Shown here: positions 28,571 to 38,228 of the stretch, in pieces
Numbering within the stretch: position 1 is the first letter of the stretch
Layout: each line of letters opens with the position of its first letter
Virus record (IMG/VR): IMGVR_UViG_2846797076_000002
Coordinates: 591-64,590 of that record
DNA: 64,000 nucleotides
Source of the DNA: a virus
Taxonomy: Duplodnaviria > Caudoviricetes
Reading direction: 5' to 3' (one strand)
Translations under genes and position numbers: made by a program
The notes under the pieces: generated by a model
Databases searched by the model: none
The model's input: only the letters and a program-made list of their open reading frames with translations
Told to the model about the DNA's origin: nothing

Positions 28571-29689
28571 TTATCGAATGAGTGGTGATTTTGCTTCGGC
28601 GATAAGCCGGTTGAGGGCTGCCAAAGCAGCAGCATCCGCATCGACGTCAGGAGCCCCCTGACCATCCTTGAGGTAGAGCCGAGCGGCCCGCTCTGCCTCA
28701 GAGCCCGACAACCCCATCAGTCCCCTGATGCCGTTTTCGAACTCGCGTTTTGTGATTTGTTCGCCGGCGGACATCTTCTCGACCAGCGTCTGCGCTGCAT
28801 CAGCCTTCGCAGTGTTGGCGGCCTTGATGCGCCTCACTGGCGCGGGCTCGACGTCAGCTCCGTAGCGGGCCAAAGTCTCATCAAGCGTCGCAATGCGGTC
28901 GACCATGCCGCGGTCCATGAGGGCTTCTGCGTAGAACACGCGGCCTTGGCCATAATTGTCTTCGACTTTGCTGACGGTCACGCCTCGCCCCTCGGCGACG
29001 GCTGCGACAAACCGATTGTATGAGCGGTTCACGCCATCCTGGACATGAGCTAGCGCTTCCTTGCCGAGCGGTTCGGCCTCGTTGCCTTCGACCTTGTGCT
29101 TGCCAGCAGAAATGTATGTGCGCTTGATGCCGCGCTGCTCAAGAGCGGCGGAAAGGTCATCGTGAGCTGTGTAAACGCCGATCGAACCGGCTCGTCCGGA
29201 AGGCGTGACGACAATTTCGTCAGTCGAAGCCGCAATCCAGTAAGCAGCGCTCGCGGCCAACGAATTTACCTGCGCAATGATCGGCTTTTCACCACCGCGT
29301 AGCTTGCGGATTTCGGTCGCAAGCTCGTCTGTGCCTGGCACTGTGCCGCCTGGGCTGTCGATATCGAGTACGACAGCCTTGATGTCTGCATTAGACAGCG
29401 CCTTGTGCAGTGCTTTCTTGATGCCGGCATAGGAGGTGCCCCCGCTCATCGCGGAAAATACATCCATTTTGTCGGCCAAGACCCCATAAACCGGGATTAC
29501 GGCGACGCTGCCGGTGGATTCAGCGATTTCCTTTGCGCGAGCGTCGTCAACAGCAGCTGCGAACTCGGACGAAAACAGCTTTTCGCCTTCGGCTCGCGCG
29601 ACCAAAACATCAGCCAAAACGCCCAGTTTTTCGCGCTGAATAGCCCAAGGTTCGGCCAAAAAGGCCGAAATCAGGTGTTCAAACTTCAT
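28571..29689 (-). CDS. Prohead protease, S49 family
   Basis: LDIDSPGG, AASAAYWIA, GSIGV. Confidence 0.92.
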   Translation of the reverse strand: MKFEHLISAFLAEPWAIQREKLGVLADVLVARAEGEKLFSSEFAAAVDDARAKEIAESTGSVAVIPVYGVLADKMDVFSAMSGGTSYAGIKKALHKALSNADIKAVVLDIDSPGGTVPGTDELATEIRKLRGGEKPIIAQVNSLAASAAYWIAASTDEIVVTPSGRAGSIGVYTAHDDLSAALEQRGIKRTYISAGKHKVEGNEAEPLGKEALAHVQDGVNRSYNRFVAAVAEGRGVTVSKVEDNYGQGRVFYAEALMDRGMVDRIATLDETLARYGADVEPAPVRRIKAANTAKADAAQTLVEKMSAGEQITKREFENGIRGLMGLSGSEAERAARLYLKDGQGAPDVDADAAALAALNRLIAEAKSPLIR

Positions 29690-29698
29690 GATTTTCCC

Positions 29699-30928
29699 TT
29701 ATGCAGCGCGCGCTGCTGGCGTTGGCGCCGGAGTTTCAGTCTTCCCGAGTGTATCGAGACGCGTCATCGTGCCATTCACGATCGCCTTGTCGCCCCCGTC
29801 CACTGGCGCCTTGTCTTCGTAAGAGCGAGCCTCATCGACGAGGTAGATGCCGTTCGTAACCATCTTCGACAGGAATTCTGCTCGCGCCGTGCTGTCGCCG
29901 CGCAAGAGTTCTTCCATGTTGAACTTCACCTTCGTGGTCTTTCTGGTCTTTGCGTCCAGCAGGTCACGATAGATTGCCGCTTCGATGCGCTTGAGCATCG
30001 GCCGCATGCAGGTCTTGGTGAATTGGAGGATCAACTGCTCGATGCCGCTGCCCCAAGTCGTGGTTCCGTTGGCTGCATGCCCGATCATAACTGGCGGCAC
30101 ACCGAAGATGCGGCAAATCTGCTCGACGCTGTACTGTCTGGCCTCAAGGAATTGAGCATCCTTGGGGTTGATCGACATTGGATAAGGCTTGAAGCCGGCC
30201 TCCAGTACCGTTACCCCGCCAGCCTTCTCGGCACCGGCGAACTGCGTCAGCGTGTCGGATATCTGCTTGCGCTGCTCAGGCTTCAGGATCTGATCCGAGC
30301 TAACAATGAGCGAAGAAAGCAAGCCGTTCTTGAACATTCGCCCGGCGACTTTTTCGCCTGCCAATGCACTCCCGACCGTATTGCGCACAACTGCGATCGG
30401 CGACATGCCACGATCGCAGCCCGGCAGCCGGACACCGCGGACGTGAAACATCTTGCCTTCTGGGACGCGGCGCTTTTTGCCGTCTTCCGTCACCTCGTAG
30501 TAACGCGTGTTGCGACCGTCTTTCGACCGGCACACATCGACGCTCAGAGGGTGAAGAGGATTGAGCGCAACAAGACGCTCGCCGTTCATCTTCTTTTCCG
30601 CAAAGAAATTACCGTCGAGCAGCAAGCACATCGCTGCCATCGACCAGAACTCTGGCGCCGTGTCGTCCATGTTCGGCATGTCGTGCAGAAGCTCGTAAAG
30701 TGGAGCGTTCTTGTCGACCGTCACGCCGTCCTCGCCATAAACGATGCAAGGCAGTGTGCCGGCCGCGTTCTGCACGAGGTTGACGCATGCCCAAACCGCA
30801 TCAAGCGAAAGGGCACTCTCAATCGTGACCGTCTCCCCGGACGTGGTGCCGAGGCCAAAGAAGCCTCGCCAGAACTCGCCGTCGGTGAGCTTGATAGGCC
30901 TTCCGACCCATCTCTCAAAAAAGCCCAT
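29699..30928 (-). CDS. Portal protein, HK97 family
   Basis: AVWACV, GMSPI, DAQFLEAR, ICRIFGVPP. Confidence 0.95.
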   Translation of the reverse strand: MGFFERWVGRPIKLTDGEFWRGFFGLGTTSGETVTIESALSLDAVWACVNLVQNAAGTLPCIVYGEDGVTVDKNAPLYELLHDMPNMDDTAPEFWSMAAMCLLLDGNFFAEKKMNGERLVALNPLHPLSVDVCRSKDGRNTRYYEVTEDGKKRRVPEGKMFHVRGVRLPGCDRGMSPIAVVRNTVGSALAGEKVAGRMFKNGLLSSLIVSSDQILKPEQRKQISDTLTQFAGAEKAGGVTVLEAGFKPYPMSINPKDAQFLEARQYSVEQICRIFGVPPVMIGHAANGTTTWGSGIEQLILQFTKTCMRPMLKRIEAAIYRDLLDAKTRKTTKVKFNMEELLRGDSTARAEFLSKMVTNGIYLVDEARSYEDKAPVDGGDKAIVNGTMTRLDTLGKTETPAPTPAARAA

Positions 30929-30952
30929 CAGGCCTCACCACTAGGTTGCCCG

Positions 30953-32596
30953 TCACCAGGTGACAGAGATGATGTTGTTGACGAAGTCGTCGAGGTTGCC
31001 GCTATCGCCGCCCTCGTAGGTTCCGGCCATCGCCGTTGCCATTGCCAAGGCGACTGCGCCGTCGATGCGGCGTTCGCGGTTATGTTTGACGAGCTTTCGG
31101 TTGCCGGCAGGATCCGCCTTGACGGTGGCATTCATCATGCACATCGTAAGCACCGGATGATCGCCGTGGGCCATACTGCCGTTGAGGATGATGCTTTCTA
31201 GCTCGCGTAGGGCCGGCGACATCGACTGGAACCCCTGCCCAAAAGGCTGGAAAACAGCATCATCGCCTTCAAGCTGATCGTCGGTAAAACCAGCCTTCTG
31301 CAGCCACGGTTTCAGATGCCTGAAGTTCCATCGGTCGAACGCAATCTTGCGGATGTCCATCTCTTCGAACCGGTCGCGTAGGTAGTGCGCAACAAACTCG
31401 TAGTCGACGGTTCTGCCGGGAGCGGCTTCGAGATGCCCATCCTTGTGCCAGACATCGTACGGCACCCGGTCGGCCTTGGCTTTCGCGCGTATCCCGTCGC
31501 CGGGCAGCCAGAACGTCGGCTTTACGTGCCAGGTCGTTTTGCCTCCCTGCTCCTTCGGAGCCATCAGCACCAGAGCAGTCAGGTCGCTCACCTCAGAAAG
31601 GTCGAGCCCGCCAAAAACAGGCAGACCATCAAAGTCCACAACTCGAGCGTTGCACGCTCGCCAAATAGCCGGCGACACAAACGGAGCATTGGCATCGATC
31701 CTTTGGTTGAGATGCAGCCAGCGAAAACTGGCTTCTTCGGTCGGCATGCGTGATGCGCGTTCGGCGTCGTCGCGAACCGATGAAACGGACTTGAACTTGC
31801 CAAGCGCCGGGTTCGCAGCTTTCCACGCCTCCTCGTCCAGCACATCGCAATCCGGATCCGCAGTGTAGAGGTGCGAAACCGTGCGCGGTGCTTTCGATGT
31901 CTCGGCATCGTCCAGCCACCGCGAGAAAAGGTCGCCGTCAGTCGCTGCCTGCGTCGAAATGGCGAAGATCATCGCCTTGTCGCCGTAAGCGCCCTGCGAC
32001 GTCACGATCGCTTCGACGAAGTCGTCGTGCGGGCCTTTGATCTGGCCAACCTCGTCGAGGATGGCGACCAGTGGCGAACCACCGTGCGCACTCTTGGCTT
32101 CCGCCGAACTGGCGCGGTAAACGACATTCTTACGCAAGCCGACAATCATCTTGCCGGATGGAACGATGCGATACAGCCCCTTCAGGCGCGGCGACATCAT
32201 CAGCATCTTGCTGGCGTAGTTGAAGACCTCGGCAGCCTGGTCACGGGACCGCGCACCGGACATAATGCGGCTATTCGGAAACGCCTCTGGGCCGATGACG
32301 TGGCCAAGCAGAAGGCAAGCGATTGTCGCTGTCTTCGAATTCTTGCGCGCGATCGAGAGATAGGCGCGCGACGTGCCGTTCGGGTTGTCGTAAACGGAAA
32401 GGATGAATGCGACCTGGAAGTCCAGCAGCCTGATTGGCTGGCCGACGAGCGCGCCCTCTGGCACAACCAAATACTCTTCCACGAAGCGGCACATTTTCTC
32501 GCCGCGCGTCAGCTCCGACGTCGGTAGTCCGCGCCAGTCGCGCAGAACCGGGATCGGGCCGCACTTGATGGCGCCGACCACGGCCTCAGAAAGCAT
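30953..32596 (-). CDS. terL: Terminase large subunit
   Basis: IARKNSKT, AILDE, GGLDLS..DLTA, RIDGAVA. Confidence 0.95.
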   Translation of the reverse strand: MLSEAVVGAIKCGPIPVLRDWRGLPTSELTRGEKMCRFVEEYLVVPEGALVGQPIRLLDFQVAFILSVYDNPNGTSRAYLSIARKNSKTATIACLLLGHVIGPEAFPNSRIMSGARSRDQAAEVFNYASKMLMMSPRLKGLYRIVPSGKMIVGLRKNVVYRASSAEAKSAHGGSPLVAILDEVGQIKGPHDDFVEAIVTSQGAYGDKAMIFAISTQAATDGDLFSRWLDDAETSKAPRTVSHLYTADPDCDVLDEEAWKAANPALGKFKSVSSVRDDAERASRMPTEEASFRWLHLNQRIDANAPFVSPAIWRACNARVVDFDGLPVFGGLDLSEVSDLTALVLMAPKEQGGKTTWHVKPTFWLPGDGIRAKAKADRVPYDVWHKDGHLEAAPGRTVDYEFVAHYLRDRFEEMDIRKIAFDRWNFRHLKPWLQKAGFTDDQLEGDDAVFQPFGQGFQSMSPALRELESIILNGSMAHGDHPVLTMCMMNATVKADPAGNRKLVKHNRERRIDGAVALAMATAMAGTYEGGDSGNLDDFVNNIISVTW

Positions 32597-32608
32597 TCAC
32601 AACCTCAA

Positions 32609-33064
32609 TCAGGCTAGGAGTTCGTCGTCCACGCTTGCGCCCGCCTCGATTTCCTTGGCCTGGTCGCGGCGCTTAGCAGCGTCCCTCGCCTCGCCTTGTA
32701 CGGCGCGTGCGTGCAGCGCCAGCGATCTGCGAAACGAAAGGATGGAAGAAGCGTGCATCTGGACCACGGACTTGCGCGGGTTGGCGACGGGCGTCCCTTT
32801 TTCGGTGACTGCGACGGAACCCTCCGTGCGAAGCAGGTCTTGCTCCCTCACAAGGTCGGCCATCGTGCGGGCCAGCATCGCGGCAATCTCAAGCTGGTGC
32901 GCCGACCAGTCGGCGCGCGCATATTCGGCAATGACGTTCTTGAAAAATGGAACGTCGCCGTCGTCGAGCGGTACGTTTTCGGGAAACTGGATCTCCTCAG
33001 AAGCCGCCGAGGCAATCCTTACGGCCTCATCGACGCTGTCGACGCGGCTTTTCTTCTCAGACAT
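32609..33064 (-). CDS. terS: Terminase small subunit (P27-like)
   Basis: GTPVANP, immediately upstream of terL. Confidence 0.75.
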   Translation of the reverse strand: MSEKKSRVDSVDEAVRIASAASEEIQFPENVPLDDGDVPFFKNVIAEYARADWSAHQLEIAAMLARTMADLVREQDLLRTEGSVAVTEKGTPVANPRKSVVQMHASSILSFRRSLALHARAVQGEARDAAKRRDQAKEIEAGASVDDELLA

Positions 33065-33190
33065 GCGGAATCCCTTCGCGCACGCGCGCTTGCGCACGCG
33101 CTAGGCAAAAATCTGTGTTTGCACTTGAATTGCGTTACCTCACCGGTCCTGCGGTGGTCGGTCGGCCACTTTCGAGGCACCCCCGGAGGG

Positions 33191-33514
33191 TCACGCAGCC
33201 GCCGTCATGTCGGGGAACTGCATGTTGATGGCATCAACGAGATGTTGGACACGCGCCAGCAAGTGACGATCACTCGCCAACCACCAGAAAGCATGGTCTA
33301 CGAACGTTCGCATGCGCAGTCCCTGAAGGCGGTCAGCATCGCCTTGGCGCTCAATGCGCAACACCTTGCAGCGCTTCATCATGTCCCTGCCTCGCAAGTC
33401 ATAGATCATGCGCTCGACGTACCGGACCATGGCTGCGTTATGAACCACGATGCATGCGCCATCGGTGGGAAGCGCCATTACCATGGCCTTGGTCTTGCCA
33501 GTGCCTCGCATCAT
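33191..33514 (-). CDS. Hypothetical protein
   Basis: RGTGKT P-loop-like start; between HNH and terS. Confidence 0.55.
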   Translation of the reverse strand: MMRGTGKTKAMVMALPTDGACIVVHNAAMVRYVERMIYDLRGRDMMKRCKVLRIERQGDADRLQGLRMRTFVDHAFWWLASDRHLLARVQHLVDAINMQFPDMTAAA

Positions 33515-33831
33515 CAGCCCACCTCTATTGGATATCCATCAACGCCTATGACCACAGCCTGCTGGCCTTGCTCGATGCGAGCCTTCAGCTTGTCGTGGCA
33601 TGGAGCGCAAAGTGATTGCAGATTGTCAGGATCGTAGAACAACGCCTCGTCGCCCTTATGTGGCTTGATGTGGTCGCACGTCGTTGCCTCGGTCACATCC
33701 TCGATAGCTAAGCAGAAGCGACATAATGGCTCGGCGGCAAGCTGAGCCTCGCGCAATCGTTGCCATCGCGCAGTCTTGTAGAGGCGACGGTAGAGCACGG
33801 CATCGGCTGAGCGGCCGTAGGGTTTGGGCAT
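33514..33831 (-). CDS. HNH endonuclease (packaging-associated)
   Basis: PLCRFC, CDHIKPHKGD, NLQSLCAPCH. Confidence 0.92.
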   Translation of the reverse strand: MPKPYGRSADAVLYRRLYKTARWQRLREAQLAAEPLCRFCLAIEDVTEATTCDHIKPHKGDEALFYDPDNLQSLCAPCHDKLKARIEQGQQAVVIGVDGYPIEVG

Positions 33832-34166
33832 TGGTGTTGCCTCAGAAACAAAAGCGCCGGGCTCAACCACGATGGGGAACCCGGCGCACGATCACCATGC
33901 AAGCGGAGGAGAACGCGCATGGGATTGGTTGCGCCACGATAGCGCGTGATAGATACCCGCCCACCACTGCGCGTCCACAGCGGATGCCTGTCAATTCAGG
34001 GCCAAGCTTGCAAGCAGAGGGTTGGGACGGCGATAGTTACCCAAAGCTCAGAGGCTGCAACGAGTGCAGCATGGCGATGGGTCCGACGCATAGCGCTCGG
34101 AATGTGGTGAGGTTCGCAACTACGTTGCGCCACCCCTTCACATTACTCTCTCCGAGATCGCGGAAA

Positions 34167-35084
34167 TTAAAGGTTTGCCGAAATTTTATTTATCGCAGCC
34201 ATAAGATTGTCATTGGCAGCGATCAGGGCTCGCTTACCGCCGCCATCAAACTTGGCATATTTCGGGGATTGCCCGACAGACACCCCAACTTCCTCGTACG
34301 TCCGTGCGACGACCGCTGTTTCCAACACCTTCCTATCTTTCGGCTTCAACTCGTCGACAGCATCAAACCATTCCTTGCGATCAGCCATCGCAGTGACAAT
34401 GTCCTGCCACATCATTGAGCCGCCGCCAGCGCATGTGGTCTTTTGCATCCCGAGGAAACTATCTGCGATCCTGGCGGAGCCACACGGCAGTCCATCAGGG
34501 CAGCGGGTGAATGTAACCTTGCTCATGTCGGTGTTGGCATAAGCCCTGGCCAGTTCCGATCGGGCTTCGTCTGCCGTCATCCTCACGCGCGGGCCTTTGT
34601 GCTTCTTGCCGGTAAGGTATCTGGCCCTCTTGGTATCGAGCATGTCGGCGAAGTACTGATTGCTTTCGGTGACCTCTTGCGGATTGTCGTCTCCGCCTAA
34701 CGCAACGTCCACCTTGTCGCGAGATCCGAGCATGGCACCAGCCGGCATCCTTGCCGCGTACTCCTCGACGCCACCGTCAATTGTCATGCGAAGGGCTTTC
34801 TCAGTCTGGGTGCCGTCGCTGAACCGCAACCGTCCGATCCGGACCACCTGTCCTGCTTCGTTGCGCTCAACCTCGCCTGTTGCCACGTTCTTCATGATCT
34901 CGGCTACGGATGGGGTAACCAGCCTTTTGCGATCGTGTTTCAGGTCTTCGATTTCATCGGAGTTGTTGTCGTTTGCTGGGACGACAGACCAATTGGTCTG
35001 TAGCGGCTCGGGCTGATGATCCGGTTCGGTGGCGAAGCGTCGTACCGCTGCCAACTGCTCTGCAAGTGATCCATGTCTCGCCAT
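34167..35084 (-). CDS. Hypothetical protein, probable late transcription regulator
   Basis: C-terminal HTH-like segment (ARTYEEVGVSVG); position before late operon; two ANDN. Confidence 0.6.
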   Translation of the reverse strand: MARHGSLAEQLAAVRRFATEPDHQPEPLQTNWSVVPANDNNSDEIEDLKHDRKRLVTPSVAEIMKNVATGEVERNEAGQVVRIGRLRFSDGTQTEKALRMTIDGGVEEYAARMPAGAMLGSRDKVDVALGGDDNPQEVTESNQYFADMLDTKRARYLTGKKHKGPRVRMTADEARSELARAYANTDMSKVTFTRCPDGLPCGSARIADSFLGMQKTTCAGGGSMMWQDIVTAMADRKEWFDAVDELKPKDRKVLETAVVARTYEEVGVSVGQSPKYAKFDGGGKRALIAANDNLMAAINKISANL

Positions 35085-35087
35085 ATC

Positions 35088-35120
35088 GTCTCCCCTGTGG
35101 TGCTAGCGCTCGGTAGGCGC
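35088..35120 (-). repeat. Leader copy
   Basis: GCGC-CUACCGA-GCGC..CACCACAGGGGAGAC. Confidence 0.7.
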
Positions 35121-35122
35121 CG

Positions 35123-35593
35123 TTACTTTGTGTTGTCGTTATCGGCCAGCCAGCCTTTGACCAGTGCCACCGCCTTGCTGGCCGCTTCTGCCGTGGATGT
35201 GAACCGCACCACCTCGACTGGATGCCCTAGCCGAGCCAGCGAGGCGTGGCGCTCGACCTGCGCCGGAGATAGCCGGCCTTTACCAACCTTGTTCTCGATC
35301 ATCCGCAGCTTGCCGCCCTTGAGGTAAATCCGTAGATCGGCTTCGCCTGGCGTCAACCCGGTGGCTATAGCATCAGCTTGGGCACGTGGTCCGCGCTTGG
35401 CTGAATTCATGTCGCCAGCAAGCAGGAACTGGCGACCGTACTCCGGCAGCGACCGCAGGGTTCGCACTTGAGCCGCCTGCCCTTCGCTTTCCTTGATGGG
35501 TGCGTCAGCGACGCACACCTTGCCCTTGGCGCTCGTGCGGATGACGACGCGCTTGCCGTTGATGCGGGTGGTCTGGCTGGTGGCTTTGGGCAT
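35123..35593 (-). CDS. VRR-NUC domain nuclease
   Basis: GLTPGEADL, IENK..KGRLSPAQ. Confidence 0.8.
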   Translation of the reverse strand: MPKATSQTTRINGKRVVIRTSAKGKVCVADAPIKESEGQAAQVRTLRSLPEYGRQFLLAGDMNSAKRGPRAQADAIATGLTPGEADLRIYLKGGKLRMIENKVGKGRLSPAQVERHASLARLGHPVEVVRFTSTAEAASKAVALVKGWLADNDNTK

Positions 35594-35597
35594 GGCG

Positions 35598-35631
35598 GTC
35601 TCCTCGTGGTGCGGTGTCGTGGTGGCGACAC
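35598..35631 (-). repeat. Leader copy
   Basis: GUGUCG-CCACCA-CGACAC..CACCACGAGGAGAC. Confidence 0.8.
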
Positions 35632-35724
35632 ACATACTTTCCGAGAACGCGCCGAAAACGGGTAGTCGATTTGCGAAATATTTTTGGGCGTAAAAAAAGC
35701 CCCGCTTTCCGCGGGGCTGTGTAG

Positions 35725-36021
35725 CTAGCCAGTTGCGTGACGGCTGTGCTCGCGCATTGGGGCCGGACTTGCCAATACCATCGGCATTCCCGCCTCAAGG
35801 CAGGCCGCAATGAAAGCTTCACGGGCGACCTCGGATGGCACGGCCCATTCCAGAGCTGCCCTGCACCGGTTTACTGCCCTCTTGTAGCGATCTCCGCGTC
35901 GGAGCGGCCACTCTTCTTCCAAAAAATCCAGCGCATCATATACGCTGAGGAATGTTCTCTCGAGTCCGCATTGTAACCGGACGCGAACTGGTGCTCGAAA
36001 CAAAACGTCTTGGCTGTTCAT
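35725..36021 (-). CDS. DUF982 family protein (moron)
   Basis: SVYDALDFLEEEWP, AREAFIAACLEAG. Confidence 0.85.
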   Translation of the reverse strand: MNSQDVLFRAPVRVRLQCGLERTFLSVYDALDFLEEEWPLRRGDRYKRAVNRCRAALEWAVPSEVAREAFIAACLEAGMPMVLASPAPMREHSRHATG

Positions 36022-36122
36022 TTCTTACCTCCAATCCAAACAGAACAAGAAGCACGAAAGATATTGGTGGGAGCAAAGGCGGGTTCAAGACCGGAGCTGC
36101 AAAAAAGACCGGCTAAGCTCCG

Positions 36123-36290
36123 TCATCGGCGATCGTCCTCGTCCCGGTTCGGGCACCGCTTCATGAACTTGTCAATTTTTGACCGGTCGCCTCGAAAGTG
36201 TTCCAGGACCTCCACTGCCACATGCAGGCTTACGGCATATTTCTGCTGTAGCTGCTCGACGGTGTACGGCTGCAGTTCGTTCTCTGACAT
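36123..36290 (-). CDS. Small stress-type hypothetical protein
   Basis: GAGGAG SD, preceded by EcfG-type promoter. Confidence 0.55.
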   Translation of the reverse strand: MSENELQPYTVEQLQQKYAVSLHVAVEVLEHFRGDRSKIDKFMKRCPNRDEDDRR

Positions 36291-36312
36291 CTGCGTTCTC
36301 CTCATCTGCGAA

Positions 36313-36337
36313 AATGCGGATGGGTGATGTCGGTTCC
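36313..36337 (-). promoter_or_regulatory. EcfG/RpoE2-type promoter
   Basis: GGAAC-N16-CATT. Confidence 0.6.
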
Positions 36338-36367
36338 GGGTTGTAACGAATATGCCCTTCTGCCCGG

Positions 36368-36530
36368 TGCACGTTGCCCAGATAAATCATCTTGAGAACC
36401 GTGCGCGCGGCACACCGCCCTGCACGGTTGCACGTGTAGGGGTATATATAAATATATACCCTACTAAACGTGCACTAACCGGGCAGCGCCGTGCAGGTGT
36501 CTCCGCCCGGATGTGCACAGTTAGTGCACG
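36368..36530. repeat. TGCA(C) repeat cluster around an AT-rich inverted repeat; candidate replication origin
   Basis: GTAGGGGTATATAT-AA-ATATATACCCTAC flanked by about 7 (G)TGCA(C) copies. Confidence 0.5.
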
Positions 36531-36650
36531 GATAGAATTTTGGTATCCGGGCGGTATTAGAAGTTGAATTACAGATGACAATTTGGTTGTATTGGCGAGT
36601 TCGAAGTTTAGCTTTGGATATCGGTTGTACGCTTTTAATGGGATGAATAA

Positions 36651-37070
36651 ATGCGGGTTTGTGGGGTCGATATAAAATCAAAAGAAGCTATCGTCGTAAT
36701 CTGCGAGCCATCTTCGGGTGCTGCTAACGTGGTTGAGGCAAGTACAAAGCGAATAAAGTTGGATGACGGTGCTGATGGGCCTGCATTGAAGTCCATGAAG
36801 ATGGCTATAGACAGCTATTTACACGAGCAGAAGATTGACGTGGTGGTAATTAAGGAGCGAGCAACCGGGGCGATGGGTGCGTCGGGCGTCACATTTAAAA
36901 TTGAAGCCCTTTTTCAGATGTCTCACAACGATGTCGTGCTGGTCCACGGAAACACGCTCAGGAAGTTTGCAAAGAAGAACGTGGCGGGCGCCCCCGCCGG
37001 ATTAAACGCTTATCAGAAGGACGCGTTTACGTCTGCCGCTTGGCTCCTTAACGAAAAAGGACTCTTGTGA
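36651..37070 (+). CDS. DUF3010-like protein (RNase H-like fold predicted)
   Basis: MRVCGVDIKSKEAI, VVIKER..GASGVTFKIEALFQ. Confidence 0.75.
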   Translation: MRVCGVDIKSKEAIVVICEPSSGAANVVEASTKRIKLDDGADGPALKSMKMAIDSYLHEQKIDVVVIKERATGAMGASGVTFKIEALFQMSHNDVVLVHGNTLRKFAKKNVAGAPAGLNAYQKDAFTSAAWLLNEKGLL

Positions 37071-38143
37071 TTATCAATAGTCTGTCGGTCCCAGAGGACG
37101 TCAAGGTCGCACTTCGAGAGCTTGAGAAGCAAATTGAGTTTCATAAAGCCTCTGACAAGGGCCAGAATGGCCATGTTTTGTTTGGAACGAACCGAGTGCT
37201 CGGCCGACCAGACGTCGTTAAGCTGTACTACTGGGAGAGCGGCGACCACGCTGAACCAGAGTTGCTAGCAAAACTCGAACACCCTAACATTCTCAAAGTC
37301 TACCACGCCGCTTCGATTGATTTAGAATGGGCGTTCTTTACGACGAAGTTCTGTGACGGTGGTGATCTAGACACGGTTCTAGAAAAAGGCCCGCTTGGCT
37401 TGCGGGAGGCGGTTGACGCCGTCATGATGGTCGCAGCCGGTGTAAGTTATTTGCATGGGAATGGCTTCCTGCACCGAGATCTCAAGCTCGAAAATGTATA
37501 TCGAGACAACAATCAAATCGTAATAGGGGATTTTGGATCCGTCTCTCCATGCGACGCGCAGGGGCATTGCAAAACGTTAACCAGACACTCTCTGCTGTAC
37601 AGGCCACCCGAGGCTACGGTCACCAACGATTACTTTAAAGAAAGTGACGTTTACCAGTTGGGACTGATGCTCTTTCAGTTGTTAGGCGGATATCTGCCAT
37701 ATGATGAGCGCGACTGGCTGAGCAGCAAGCAGAAAACGGAATATGATGCCCTCAAGGGCACAATCGACAAAGGGGATTACGCCACCAAAATTATAGAAGA
37801 GAAGATCAACAAGGGGCGCCTTTTAGAAATGGACACTCTTCCTGCTTACGTGCCCAAACCCTTAGTCTCATTCATTAGAACGGCAACCCGCGTTGACAGA
37901 AACGGAAGGCATAAATCTGTCTCGGATTTCATAGCAGCACTAAATAATATGCAGCGCAAGATCCCCGATTGGAGACCTGAAGGCGATCATATCGTACTTC
38001 ACAGACCCAAAAAACGCATACGCGTAACATCTGGTGGCAGTAATTTCTCAATAGAAAAAGACGTCGGTAACGGCTGGAAGAGACAGCATAGCCTGAAGCC
38101 AACTACGATGGGCGCCGCCGTGGTCATGGCGGAAATGGTTTAA
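37067..38143 (+). CDS. Hanks-type Ser/Thr protein kinase
   Basis: VVKLY, HPNILKV, LHRDLKLEN, IGDFG, YRPPE, SDVYQLG. Confidence 0.92.
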   Translation: MIINSLSVPEDVKVALRELEKQIEFHKASDKGQNGHVLFGTNRVLGRPDVVKLYYWESGDHAEPELLAKLEHPNILKVYHAASIDLEWAFFTTKFCDGGDLDTVLEKGPLGLREAVDAVMMVAAGVSYLHGNGFLHRDLKLENVYRDNNQIVIGDFGSVSPCDAQGHCKTLTRHSLLYRPPEATVTNDYFKESDVYQLGLMLFQLLGGYLPYDERDWLSSKQKTEYDALKGTIDKGDYATKIIEEKINKGRLLEMDTLPAYVPKPLVSFIRTATRVDRNGRHKSVSDFIAALNNMQRKIPDWRPEGDHIVLHRPKKRIRVTSGGSNFSIEKDVGNGWKRQHSLKPTTMGAAVVMAEMV

Positions 38144-38228
38144 CAAAAAAGGCCGGTGCATCTCTGCCCCAGCCTTCCTGTAGCTATCGCGATCTGCCAG
38201 TACATCCGTGGTCAGCGCGCAAAGCTAT

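Noticed and set aside
29405-31201. 598-aa + strand ORF (also 48643-50238, 22143-23045, 32696-33637 and many shorter ones)
   Set aside because: Antisense shadows of portal/terminase, helicase, tape measure and packaging genes in GC-rich DNA; no recognisable motifs or SD
33065-33190. Possible cos site between HNH-side gene and terS
   Set aside because: Position fits HK97-type cos phages, but the cut site cannot be determined from sequence alone
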